Shown here piece by piece: positions 20,131-29,870 of a DNA stretch of 64,000 bases. The DNA lies in IMG/VR virus record IMGVR_UViG_3300032222_000151, positions 54,810 to 118,809 of that record; one strand, 5' to 3'. The DNA is from a virus. Position 1 is the stretch's first letter; every line of letters starts with the position of its first letter. Made by a program: the position numbers and the translations under genes. Below the pieces are notes generated by a model. That model saw only the letters and a list, made by a program, of their open reading frames with translations. It was not told the DNA's origin and made no database searches.

Positions 20131-21026
20131 TATAGTACCCCAAGTTTTGTAATAGACTTAACATACTTTGAAAGTATCTTGTCTACAATTATGTTTCCTG
20201 TTCCTTCAAAAAGACCCTTATCAAACTGAATTCTATATTGATCTGTATTATAAGAAGAAATAAATCTCTTGTAATAATCTAGTTTACCGCACTCAATGTC
20301 ATGAATGAGCATCTCTGTTGCTCGAACAATATCTGATGGAACTACTGTGTGGCCATATTCTACTGTTATTAAATAATCCCAGCCTCTTCCAAAACCTCTA
20401 TAAACAAACTGAGGATCAAGTGAGTCAGATGATGCTGCTGGAAGAACTAGTGGTGCAGATTCTGCACGGTTAATATTGTCTACAGACTTTTCAACAATTG
20501 CTGTCTTGTCTGATGTTACCTCATACTGTCTATCTTCAACTAATTGATTGTTTTCGTAAACAGACAAAACCTTTTTTACATCGTCCCAGATTGGCAAAAA
20601 GTCTGATCCACTTCCTTCAAAGTGCAAGACTTTCTTCTTATAATAAAATCCTTCTGGCACTATTGAGTCAATAATTGCTCTTGCAATTTCTTCATTGAGT
20701 GCATATGCTGCTATATCTGATGCTGTTGTTGCCTTTGTTGATGGGTCAACATATGGTCTAAAGATCTCATAGGTTTCATCCTGAAGAATTCTTTCTTCCT
20801 CAGTTCCTAAATCTGCAACAATTTCAACTCTGTATGAAGAGTCGTATTTGCCAGGAAGGGATATCTCTAAGACATCTGTAGATGAAGAATCTAAAAACGT
20901 TAATGTAGAAATTGAAAGGTCCGCCATATCCGTTATGGTAACAGTTATATCTGCATCTGTAACTCCCGCTGGAATTACAAAATTAACAGGTACTTCTGCA
21001 TATGGCGAAACTCTCAATATTTCCAT
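20130..21026 (-). CDS. Head-tail adaptor protein
   Basis: 298 aa; ITVEYGHTVVPSDIVRATEMLI and TGNIIVDKILSKY resemble adaptor C-termini. Confidence 0.65.
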   Translation of the reverse strand: MEILRVSPYAEVPVNFVIPAGVTDADITVTITDMADLSISTLTFLDSSSTDVLEISLPGKYDSSYRVEIVADLGTEEERILQDETYEIFRPYVDPSTKATTASDIAAYALNEEIARAIIDSIVPEGFYYKKKVLHFEGSGSDFLPIWDDVKKVLSVYENNQLVEDRQYEVTSDKTAIVEKSVDNINRAESAPLVLPAASSDSLDPQFVYRGFGRGWDYLITVEYGHTVVPSDIVRATEMLIHDIECGKLDYYKRFISSYNTDQYRIQFDKGLFEGTGNIIVDKILSKYVKSITKLGVL

Positions 21027-21032
21027 ACTTAT

Positions 21033-21467
21033 TTACCCTAGAACCTTTTTGACTTCTTCAGGTGTTGCAAGGCGAACATGTGAGCGAGTTAGCCACTTGT
21101 CTGCCTGTGCCTGTGTAACAATGTTGTATCCTCTAGAAACTGATCCAACCTCTGACCAGTTAACATTCTTTGTAGAATAAATAGCGACCTTGTTTCCAAG
21201 TTCTGACTCTGGCTTAATTTTTCTCTTTGGGCCGTCTGCTGCTACTGATCCAATTGCGCCTGTCTCTGTAAACCCTAGTGCTTGCTCTGGTTCTGATGCA
21301 GCAGGTGCTTCGACAACTGGTGTCTCTACTACTGGTGCCTCAACAACTGATTCGACTACTGGCTCTGCTACATGCTCTACTGGTGCCTCTACCGCTGGGG
21401 CTTCGACATGGGCTTGCTCTTCTGCATTTTCTACTGAAAACGGATTGTTATAATTATTATTTTCCAT
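21033..21467 (-). CDS. Hypothetical protein with acidic E/P/V/A low-complexity N-terminus
   Basis: 144 aa, SD AAGGAGG, after capsid terminator. Confidence 0.6.
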   Translation of the reverse strand: MENNNYNNPFSVENAEEQAHVEAPAVEAPVEHVAEPVVESVVEAPVVETPVVEAPAASEPEQALGFTETGAIGSVAADGPKRKIKPESELGNKVAIYSTKNVNWSEVGSVSRGYNIVTQAQADKWLTRSHVRLATPEEVKKVLG

Positions 21468-21506
21468 TGTATCCTCCTTGTTTGTATTATATCATTAAAG
21501 TATTAA

Positions 21507-21536
21507 GGGGGACAGGAGAGTGAACTCCCGCCCCCC
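21507..21536 (-). terminator. GC-rich hairpin after major capsid gene
   Basis: Minus strand GGGGGCGGGAG-TTCA-CTCTCCTGTCCCCC followed by TTAATACTTT. Confidence 0.7.
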
Positions 21537-21557
21537 ATTAAAGGTACTGTTTACAGA

Positions 21558-22691
21558 TTACTCATCTGCTGCAGCGTCAGCGAATGCAATTGCATCCTCT
21601 TCTTCCCACTGAATACCAAAGCGGACGAATACTGTGTACTCAATTGTGTCCTTCTTTGCTACGTATTCACGGTTTACTGTGATATCGCGCTGGAATCCCC
21701 ATACACGGTTTGCAGGGAATGTCAAATCGATATAGCCTGCTGGGTAGTAAGGAACTTCCTGAACTTCAATTCCGAGAACACGAGTTGTACGTGCTCCACC
21801 GAATGTCTGTCCGATACCATCAAGGTATGACTGGCGATTTGCCTGGGTTGATCCTGGCATCTGGCCTGCGAATGCTTCTGCAACTGCATCAGCAAGTGTA
21901 CCGTTGTTCTTAACGATTCCACCGAATGCGTCTGTACCTGCGTAGAACTTAAGATTGTTCTTAAGTGCACGGTACTTACGTGGCATTGCATTGATGATGC
22001 CCTGCATTACATCAGGTGTCCAAGCATTATCTGCTACGGTCACTACTGACTCATGTGCATCTCCGTTTGTCTTTACCTTGTTGATAAAGCCTGGCATGAT
22101 TGACAAGAATGCTCCTGTTGAACCATCACCATTGATAGCGAGATCTTCGATATCATTTGCGAATGCGTTTGTCATCAAGCGTACCAAGTGATCTTCTAGA
22201 GCGTCACCTTCTACACCATCTTCCAATGATTCTGCTGTTACTTCCCAATCAAGACGAATCTTCTTGGTAGTAAGTTCGACCTTAGAGAATGTTGCACCTG
22301 TGTTTGTGTATGTACCAACTGCTTGCGCTGCTGCACGGATTACACGCTCACCGACGTTTACCTTCTCAAGTTCCATAGAATTAGCCTTCATTGTTACACG
22401 ACGGCCATCCTTTGCTAATACTGTTGCATCCCAAACATAGTCGATAAAACGACGTGCCTGCTCAGGGCGCAAAATTCCAGAAGCCGCTGAACCACTAGGG
22501 TTAACAGCGTTTGCTCCGCTTGTAGATCCAAGAGTTGCTGTTGGAATGTTACCAAGTGTATCTGCACCTGGGTTTGTTACTCCACCAATTCCACCTGATG
22601 CGAAAGCACCTTGGCCCTGGTAAAGTCCTGGTGCTGTTCCACCTAGATCTCCAGATGCGCCTGGCTGGTTTTTGATTATTTCTTCTGACAT
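21558..22691 (-). CDS. Major capsid protein (HK97 fold)
   Basis: GILRPEQARRFIDYV, ESLEDGVEG, FANDIEDLAINGD motifs; SD AGGAGGT before MSEE; follows protease. Confidence 0.9.
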   Translation of the reverse strand: MSEEIIKNQPGASGDLGGTAPGLYQGQGAFASGGIGGVTNPGADTLGNIPTATLGSTSGANAVNPSGSAASGILRPEQARRFIDYVWDATVLAKDGRRVTMKANSMELEKVNVGERVIRAAAQAVGTYTNTGATFSKVELTTKKIRLDWEVTAESLEDGVEGDALEDHLVRLMTNAFANDIEDLAINGDGSTGAFLSIMPGFINKVKTNGDAHESVVTVADNAWTPDVMQGIINAMPRKYRALKNNLKFYAGTDAFGGIVKNNGTLADAVAEAFAGQMPGSTQANRQSYLDGIGQTFGGARTTRVLGIEVQEVPYYPAGYIDLTFPANRVWGFQRDITVNREYVAKKDTIEYTVFVRFGIQWEEEDAIAFADAAADE

Positions 22692-22714
22692 ATTGTCACC
22701 TCCTAGTGATTTGT

Positions 22715-23293
22715 TCATTTGAATAGATCGGCTGTTTTGAGGAAACTACCGCCCCATAGGGATTTTTCAACCATTTCAGGTTGAGACTGAAAGATATCGC
22801 CGATATCTCCAGACTTTCGGAATGCGGTGTCTGCTTCCACAGCGTCTACTCGTTTTCCAAATTCATTAAACTCGCTTGATACTGCTGCAATATCTTTTGC
22901 AACTGCTGCAAACGAATCCTTTACTGTCTCAACATCTACCTTTGAAGACTTAAGAAGTTCTACTTCTGCTTGCAAAGATTTTACTGTTGATAATAGATCG
23001 CTAAAGGCTGATGTTAGATTATTCTTGATTTCTGCAATTGCTTCTACAACTACATCATCTGACTTAGATACATCTGCGTCTGTGTCTGCTACCTTTTCAA
23101 CTTCTTCTGCAACTGGTGCATCTTCAGTTTCTGCTGCTGGTGCTTCGTCTGACTTAACAACATCTGCTGTTTCTGTCTCTTCTGCCTTTGCAACTTCTTC
23201 GGTAACTTCTTCAACCACGGCATCTGCCTCTGGAGCGACCACAACATCTTCAACTACATCTGTCTTTTCAACTTGTGTTTTTGATTTTGTCAT
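22715..23293 (-). CDS. Probable nested in-frame scaffold protein (MTKSKTQVEK...)
   Basis: AAGGAGGT SD just upstream of in-frame ATG 23293, at the boundary of the acidic/coiled-coil region. Confidence 0.6.
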   Translation of the reverse strand: MTKSKTQVEKTDVVEDVVVAPEADAVVEEVTEEVAKAEETETADVVKSDEAPAAETEDAPVAEEVEKVADTDADVSKSDDVVVEAIAEIKNNLTSAFSDLLSTVKSLQAEVELLKSSKVDVETVKDSFAAVAKDIAAVSSEFNEFGKRVDAVEADTAFRKSGDIGDIFQSQPEMVEKSLWGGSFLKTADLFK

Positions 23294-24049
23294 AGGTTGT
23301 ACCTCCTTGTTAATCTTAGAAGTATTAATGCCTTTAGCACTATCAACTAAGAATTTTATCATTGTTGTTTTTTCATCATCCGTTTTTTCAACGAACCCTA
23401 TATTTTCCATCTGCTCTCCAGTAACGGGGCTAAGTTCTGACTCGTTTTCAGATGATATAACAATTCCATTTTCTTTATCGTAAAAAACATTTTCTAATAC
23501 TGTTGAGTCTGCCTTGATAACATCTACGCCATCAACCTTTTCAACTGAAACAATATTTGCAAACTGATTTGCTGGGGAATCTACAAGACTCAACTCAACC
23601 AAATCATAATCCTTAATAATTCTAATCTGTGAGTCTGACTTCTCGTCATAACCGTCATCCCACTTATTCATTCGTCCACCAATAGAAAAACCAGTGAGCG
23701 TTCCATCTAGAACTTTCTCCCAAGTATCTTGTGCACCCTTTGAAACATATGCAGAAACAAATACGCCCTTGTAGAACTTCTTTGTCTCTGGATCGAAATA
23801 CTTATCTTCTTTAAAGTTAACCATCTTGCCAACTGCTAGTGGCTGGTGCATTTCTCTAATGTTCCCACGGAACTTTGCAAATGCGTTCATAGATGCTTCT
23901 GATGTAACAATGTCCATCTGCTTGTCAAGGTTGTCTAGTGATGCAAAACCTGAAACGATACGACGCTCTTTGTCTACCTTGTTAAAAGGCATTGAAAGAC
24001 GAAGATTTTCCCCATCTGAATTCCAATGGGCTTTGGATATATTGCTCAC
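22715..24049 (-). CDS. Prohead protease fused to acidic scaffold domain
   Basis: IREMH, GFSIGG and ELSLVDSPAN HK97-type protease motifs; start at GTG 24049 or ATG 24052. Confidence 0.85.
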   Translation of the reverse strand: MSNISKAHWNSDGENLRLSMPFNKVDKERRIVSGFASLDNLDKQMDIVTSEASMNAFAKFRGNIREMHQPLAVGKMVNFKEDKYFDPETKKFYKGVFVSAYVSKGAQDTWEKVLDGTLTGFSIGGRMNKWDDGYDEKSDSQIRIIKDYDLVELSLVDSPANQFANIVSVEKVDGVDVIKADSTVLENVFYDKENGIVISSENESELSPVTGEQMENIGFVEKTDDEKTTMIKFLVDSAKGINTSKINKEVQPMTKSKTQVEKTDVVEDVVVAPEADAVVEEVTEEVAKAEETETADVVKSDEAPAAETEDAPVAEEVEKVADTDADVSKSDDVVVEAIAEIKNNLTSAFSDLLSTVKSLQAEVELLKSSKVDVETVKDSFAAVAKDIAAVSSEFNEFGKRVDAVEADTAFRKSGDIGDIFQSQPEMVEKSLWGGSFLKTADLFK

Positions 24050-24104
24050 CATTATATTATAAACCCCCTTTTGTACATATATCACATATTGGACATATTG
24101 GACA

Positions 24105-25697
24105 TTAAGGAGTTCTTCTTCCCTCTCCCTTTGGGGCTCTTCCAGCAACTGTTGAAGTGCTGTCAGAGTTGTTATTTGTTCTCTCTGCATCTCTGGCTCT
24201 TGTTGTAGTTGCCTCTGCTGCTGATGGTGCCTTAAGATCTAGAACCTCATCACCGCCATCTCTTTGAGGCATATCCAAAACAACTCTTGCCTCGTTAGGA
24301 GTCATGATCTGATTCTTAACATATCTTTCAAGAATTTGAGACTGTGCTATTTCGTCAGTCAGAGTTAACTCGTTAAACACAAACTCAATAATGTCTGTCT
24401 TTTCACGAATGATCTTATTGATCATTTTTTCTAACTGTCTTTGTGCTGGTCTTGCAACCTGCTCCTTAAAGGTGCGATCCTGTGCAAGTGCTGCTGCAAT
24501 AGATCCAGAATCGCCACCTCCAAGTTTAGATAGTGGCACTTGATGTGCTACAAGGATATCATCACGGTTTTGCTTACGATACTCTTTAAATGAGCCGTCC
24601 TGTATCCCGTCTTCGATGGGCTCCATCTTAAATTCTACCTTGTTGTTTTCGCTATCACCTGGAAGTGGAATATATAGCGTTCTGTGCGATTGCCCCCTGA
24701 GATTTGTCTGTAAGAATCGGAACATCTTATCTTCTGCATCTCCAGAAAGTTTTGCACCCTTTAACGTTACAACATAACGTGGCACTGCTTTATTTGCAAA
24801 ATAATCAATATTGTATTGTGAGGCAAGTGAGTCTCCATGTAGTGAGTTAATAGCCGACATTATGTCTGGCACTCCGTAGAATGTGTTGAGAGGTGAGTAC
24901 TGCTTAAAGTGAATAATCTCGTTTGGTCTAGCGTCTGTTGTTAGTGGATTTTGATTCTTTGCTCCAAAGTTACGGAAGTACACAATCTTGTTTCCAATAA
25001 TCTGTACGTACCCATCCTTGATTCTTCGTACTCGCATTGTTGTTGCTGGTATATGTCCAACGTATCCAATTTCTCCACGAGTGGTTCTTCCGATTTCTAA
25101 GTATCCATTGCCAGTTGACTGTAGGTCTGTATAAACCTTTTCCATTGTTGCTGTGAAAGAGTCGTCATCGTTAAGTGACTCTAGCCAATCACGCATTTCA
25201 ATCTTCGCTCTTTCAATTCTCTTTCGTGCCTTCTGTGTTGCACTGTTATCTTCTGAGGACTCAAGTCTCATCATTGTTCTTGGAGAAACCTTAAACTCAT
25301 AGCCAAGTCCAACAATGTTTTCTACCTTTGCATCAATTGCTGCATGGTTTGCAAAAGAGGTGTCGTAGTAATTTGCTAATTCGTAAAGATTCCATGGTGG
25401 TGTAATAACGTCAAACATTCCATAGCCGTTTACATATACTAGGCCTGGGTTTATTTCTTTTGACTGTGCTCCATCAATACCGCTTTTCCCTGCAAGTGCT
25501 GCGGTTGTGTATTGTGTTGTTGGCTCAACCATCTTGGTTGACATTCTGCTTGTTCTTCTTTTAAAGTTTGCATCTAAACCATCTAAAGTTTTTAGGGTTT
25601 CCCAATTACCATTGAAAGGATCTGACTTAGAAAAGGTGTCATCCTTTTTTAATGCTTCATCAATTCTTGCACCGATTTCATACTCACGATCTTCCAT
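24105..25697 (-). CDS. Portal protein
   Basis: 530 aa; TGNGYLEI, EIIHFKQYSPLNTFYGVP, YFANKAVP, ILVAHQVP, MTPNEAR portal motifs. Confidence 0.92.
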   Translation of the reverse strand: MEDREYEIGARIDEALKKDDTFSKSDPFNGNWETLKTLDGLDANFKRRTSRMSTKMVEPTTQYTTAALAGKSGIDGAQSKEINPGLVYVNGYGMFDVITPPWNLYELANYYDTSFANHAAIDAKVENIVGLGYEFKVSPRTMMRLESSEDNSATQKARKRIERAKIEMRDWLESLNDDDSFTATMEKVYTDLQSTGNGYLEIGRTTRGEIGYVGHIPATTMRVRRIKDGYVQIIGNKIVYFRNFGAKNQNPLTTDARPNEIIHFKQYSPLNTFYGVPDIMSAINSLHGDSLASQYNIDYFANKAVPRYVVTLKGAKLSGDAEDKMFRFLQTNLRGQSHRTLYIPLPGDSENNKVEFKMEPIEDGIQDGSFKEYRKQNRDDILVAHQVPLSKLGGGDSGSIAAALAQDRTFKEQVARPAQRQLEKMINKIIREKTDIIEFVFNELTLTDEIAQSQILERYVKNQIMTPNEARVVLDMPQRDGGDEVLDLKAPSAAEATTTRARDAERTNNNSDSTSTVAGRAPKGEGRRTP

Positions 25698-25699
25698 AA

Positions 25700-26092
25700 T
25701 TACTCCTCATCGCCATACAAAGCAATTGTGTCTTTTGCTGCTTGAACAGCGCCGAGATCGTTTAGGTTTGGAATTAATCCAGCCTTCATTCTGTCAACCT
25801 GTTCAGAATACTCTTCTTCAGAAACTCTTGTTAGTCCTGGAACAAACACACAAGTGCCGTCTCCTGGATCTCCATAATGCATGGCAGTCTTTTTTAGTTC
25901 TGCTATTTTAGATATATCGTTCTTGTCTGAAGGAATGTTTAGTACAGAGCCAGTACCGTCTGTAAACCACTTTCCATTTGCCTTCTTATAGACATAAAGG
26001 CCCCAGTCATAGTTCTTTTCAATGACTTGTCGTCTAACATTTTTTACAATTGGTTGACCAGTTTTTGGGTCTATTAGCGAATCCATATCCAT
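25700..26092 (-). CDS. Hypothetical protein upstream of portal
   Basis: 130-aa ORF; probable start ATG 26086, 7 nt after TGGTATACT. Confidence 0.65.
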   Translation of the reverse strand: MDMDSLIDPKTGQPIVKNVRRQVIEKNYDWGLYVYKKANGKWFTDGTGSVLNIPSDKNDISKIAELKKTAMHYGDPGDGTCVFVPGLTRVSEEEYSEQVDRMKAGLIPNLNDLGAVQAAKDTIALYGDEE

Positions 26093-26104
26093 AAGTATAC
26101 CATA

Positions 26105-29100
26105 TCATACTGGGTCAACGACTATTTGATTCCAATTTACATCTGAGTATGCGGTATAAGCATATCCTCCAAACTGGAGAACCCTGTCATCATCTACAAC
26201 TATTTTGTTTGTTCCAGTATAACTCTTATAGACTTCTGAAGGGTTTACGCCGTAATAACTTGTTTCGGATAAAACCAAAACCTTGTTCCAGATAAATGAT
26301 CCTCCCCAGAAAGACCAGTCTAACTCATAAGCGCCCAAAACCTTGACTCTAAACCATGGTCTTTCTGCAACGTTCTGGACTTCTTGGAGATTTGTAGACT
26401 GATAAAATGAGATACTATTAAATAGAACTGGGCCAGTAAGTCTGATTGCACCCTCAAAATATGAAAAGTCAAGGCTGCTTGCAAAGTTTATACCTAGGAA
26501 GCCCCACTCCTGAAGCGTAAGAACTGGCTCCTTGACAACTTTTCCATTCCAATAAAAACCAATGCCATCTTGAACAAGTCCAGTCCTTGTATCAATTGCA
26601 TAGATCTTTGCTCTTCTTCCAGTAGGGTCACTTGCTACCATATAGAACTTTATGTATGATCCCTTGCTTTCTACCTCAAAAATTTCTGTTGGAGCGTATG
26701 GGAAATAATCCCCATCAAACCTAATTGCCATTTGCATAGCAATAACCTTAAACCCATCTGCTCTGCTTGGATTTACTGGAATCATTAGGCCACGGTTTAT
26801 GAGTGGATCATACTTCCCCTTAAGTTGTATTCCGCTTGTTTTTGTTAGATAAAGATATGGCGACGAAGCATTATAAATTGAGAATGGATTGTTCTTTTTA
26901 AAATCATAATATATACCAGACTTGGTGTATGGATATATTGGAGTTCCAAACCTTGTTCCAATAGGACTTGCATCTGATTCATTTAATGCCTGAGAAGCAT
27001 AAGAAAGTTTTTTAATGTTTACATTATTTATTAATGAGTTTTTTACATTTAGTTCAATATGTGTTACTATTGACAAATCGTTAAAGTCTACTCCCGATGG
27101 TGGATAAATAATCATATTATCAACAACTTCATATTTTGTTCTCATCCAGTCAGTACCTGGAATCAAAACACCATTTCTTGAAGGCCTTTCAATTTTTATA
27201 AAATACTCTGATGGTGCGTTAGCACCAAGTTCTGTGTACTGAAATGTTACGTAAGTCTTAACCAATGCGCCATCGGTATCATATCTGTAGTCTTTTGCAA
27301 CCTTATTCTTTAAGTCTTCGTAATCATTATAACCAGTAAAAAGATAATTATCTAGAGAAGTATAACTTCTTTGAACTGGTATTCCATATTCATTGGCAAG
27401 TTCTGCATATGTCCAATCAACTGGGTCTGTTTCTATTGCAATTGTTTTTGATGGTATTGGGTAGTTTACATTAAACTGGATAAAATCAAGGTCAAAATAT
27501 TGATCCCCTCTTTTATCAAAAACAGATTCTGCAAAATAGGTAAGAGGAATATTATCTTCCCAGTAAGCGCTAGAAGATACTGCAAGACTATAGGTCTCAA
27601 ACAGCAATTCTGGAACAAGCGTATAACTTGCAATGTGCTCAATTAAAAAGTCTTCTTCTAAAAGAAATACTCCTCCTCCAGATATTCCGCCATTTACTAC
27701 GTCTGTTAATCCTCCAGATGGTGGCTGAGATGTTGTGTCAAGTCCCGCATCTATATCTATGAGTTGATTGCTTTGATAAGCAAAAAACAAATCTTCGTTT
27801 AGTTTGGGTACTCCGTACTCGTTAAACAAGTTTTTTATTTTTTGGAAATTATACTTAGTCGTAAATCCAACATTATATATCTTTCCAGTAAATGTTGAGT
27901 TTGAAGATTTATCTCCTCCAAGGTATATTCTTAAATCAGACAATGATCCAAAAAATTCAGATGTTGGGTTTCCAAAACGCTCAACAAATCTAGAGATATT
28001 TACGCCAGCCTCAAAGAAATCATTTACATCTAAAATTCCAGAAGAGTAAAGAATTTCCGACTGACCATTTGTATGAATAACATACTCAATCTTATTATTT
28101 TTAATCTGTACTAAAAAGTAGTTACTTGTGTTTTCTTTTTCAACTTTAAATATTGTTTGGGGTGTTGAAGATACGTTTTCCTTTAACTGGAAACATCCGT
28201 AAAAAGAAGATATAGGCGTTTGAAGAATATCGAACTTTTCAAAAAACATGTAACCGTTTACGCTGTCCCAAGATGAGTTGGGCCTAAAAGAAAAGTACTC
28301 TCTGTCGTCATAAAGAAAAGCAACGGGGTTGTCTGTATTGTTTGCTTCAAGATTATCGTCAAATAGTTCTGCCTCTGTCTTAGAGGAAAGTACTATCTCT
28401 GGAAGTGGATGATTAATTACAGAAATAGATTTGTTTGAGGTAGACAGGTTATCGCTAAACCCCTGAGTCCATGATCCAGTCTTTGGGTAGGAGTAGTTTG
28501 ATGTATAGTCTGCAAAAGAGTAGTCAATTGCTACAGATGTTCCACTGTAAGAGGTATTAATATTTTCTGGAACCTCTACGCCTTGACCAAAAACAAACCT
28601 TCTTTTTGCAACTTGAGATGCCACAAGATATGGATATATTCCAACACAATCAATATCTATTGGGTACACATCTTCGTATGCATAAAAACCTATCCAGTCT
28701 TGGTCTTTTCCTTGAGAATTAAACTTTGATGGCAAACTCATTGTGCTTGTAGAATATGTCAAAGATATAACTTCTTCTCCATTAATTAAAAGAGATGCTA
28801 TATCTTTTCCTATCTTAAGATGAACAAGCATTGGCCTTGTCCACTCACCAACATAATGCGTCTTATATTCGTCGTTAATCTTTAAACCTATTGATGGTCC
28901 ATCAACATATATTCCATCATTAGAGGATATTGGGCCAATGATTCTTTTTCTATCATTTGTATAAGAGTTAACTCTAAGCCATGTTTCTAATGTGTACTGC
29001 TTAAACTGCCCAGCCTCGTTTAACATTCCAACTCCAGGAATTATTAATGATGGAAGGTTTTGATTTTCATACAATGTAGTATGGCTGTCCGTTCCGTAAA

Positions 29101-29845
29101 CCATTGGGATTCCTGAATTTTTTGCTTTTAGCATATTGTCAGAAACAAGGTAGTATCCGTTTAATTCTTGAAGTCCATAGCAAGTTGCTACTACACCTTT
29201 TTGTGGTGCAATTGAAATTGTTGATGGTATGTCTATTGGCTGCAAACCTAGAGAGGTTGAAGAAAACTCTTCTGACCACTGGCCAAAACTAATTCCGTTT
29301 ATTCTAAAAGCATCTTCTGTGTCAGACCCTCCAATAAAGTTTATCTTGAATACAAGCCTGATCTTTGTATCATCTGGTGGGGTATCAAAAGTTTCTGAAA
29401 TAAAGATCCAATTACTATTAATGACAGTATCGAAATTCTTTAAATGAGTTATATTCTCTCCGCTTGTGGTGTCTGTATATTGATAACCAATTTCAAATCC
29501 CGCAATATATGCGCTTTCTGAATAAAAATAACCACCAACAGAAAATGTTCTTAGGTAGGCATTTAAATCTTTTATGTCAATAATGTCATTGCTTATGGCA
29601 AGTATTGATGCTGACTCATTAGATGTTGGGGTTGCAACAATTCTTCCTACATAACTATCTATAAATGGCTCGCCTATTGACTGTGAATATGTAGAAAATG
29701 TTCCACCAGTTACTGTCCAATTAGAAAGGTTTCTTTGCTGCTCTGATACTAAAGAAATATAGTCAGCATTATCGTCAAGTGCCCACAGCCCTGTTGGATG
29801 TTCAGCAAAAACTTTTTCAGCATATAGGTTTGATGGAATAGACAT
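26105..29845 (-). CDS. Large virion protein with LamG/ConA-like domains
   Basis: 1246 aa; AEHPTGLWALDD start, YTLETWLR..LLINGEEV and FTGKIYNVGF lectin-like signatures. Confidence 0.6.
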   Translation of the reverse strand: MSIPSNLYAEKVFAEHPTGLWALDDNADYISLVSEQQRNLSNWTVTGGTFSTYSQSIGEPFIDSYVGRIVATPTSNESASILAISNDIIDIKDLNAYLRTFSVGGYFYSESAYIAGFEIGYQYTDTTSGENITHLKNFDTVINSNWIFISETFDTPPDDTKIRLVFKINFIGGSDTEDAFRINGISFGQWSEEFSSTSLGLQPIDIPSTISIAPQKGVVATCYGLQELNGYYLVSDNMLKAKNSGIPMVYGTDSHTTLYENQNLPSLIIPGVGMLNEAGQFKQYTLETWLRVNSYTNDRKRIIGPISSNDGIYVDGPSIGLKINDEYKTHYVGEWTRPMLVHLKIGKDIASLLINGEEVISLTYSTSTMSLPSKFNSQGKDQDWIGFYAYEDVYPIDIDCVGIYPYLVASQVAKRRFVFGQGVEVPENINTSYSGTSVAIDYSFADYTSNYSYPKTGSWTQGFSDNLSTSNKSISVINHPLPEIVLSSKTEAELFDDNLEANNTDNPVAFLYDDREYFSFRPNSSWDSVNGYMFFEKFDILQTPISSFYGCFQLKENVSSTPQTIFKVEKENTSNYFLVQIKNNKIEYVIHTNGQSEILYSSGILDVNDFFEAGVNISRFVERFGNPTSEFFGSLSDLRIYLGGDKSSNSTFTGKIYNVGFTTKYNFQKIKNLFNEYGVPKLNEDLFFAYQSNQLIDIDAGLDTTSQPPSGGLTDVVNGGISGGGVFLLEEDFLIEHIASYTLVPELLFETYSLAVSSSAYWEDNIPLTYFAESVFDKRGDQYFDLDFIQFNVNYPIPSKTIAIETDPVDWTYAELANEYGIPVQRSYTSLDNYLFTGYNDYEDLKNKVAKDYRYDTDGALVKTYVTFQYTELGANAPSEYFIKIERPSRNGVLIPGTDWMRTKYEVVDNMIIYPPSGVDFNDLSIVTHIELNVKNSLINNVNIKKLSYASQALNESDASPIGTRFGTPIYPYTKSGIYYDFKKNNPFSIYNASSPYLYLTKTSGIQLKGKYDPLINRGLMIPVNPSRADGFKVIAMQMAIRFDGDYFPYAPTEIFEVESKGSYIKFYMVASDPTGRRAKIYAIDTRTGLVQDGIGFYWNGKVVKEPVLTLQEWGFLGINFASSLDFSYFEGAIRLTGPVLFNSISFYQSTNLQEVQNVAERPWFRVKVLGAYELDWSFWGGSFIWNKVLVLSETSYYGVNPSEVYKSYTGTNKIVVDDDRVLQFGGYAYTAYSDVNWNQIVVDPV

Positions 29846-29870
29846 TATAGGTCTATTTTACCACAGAAGA

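Noticed and set aside
22827-23483. 218-aa Ser/Thr-rich + strand ORF and the many other antisense ORFs over TMP, capsid and RNR
   Set aside because: They fully overlap well-supported minus-strand genes and reflect codon bias
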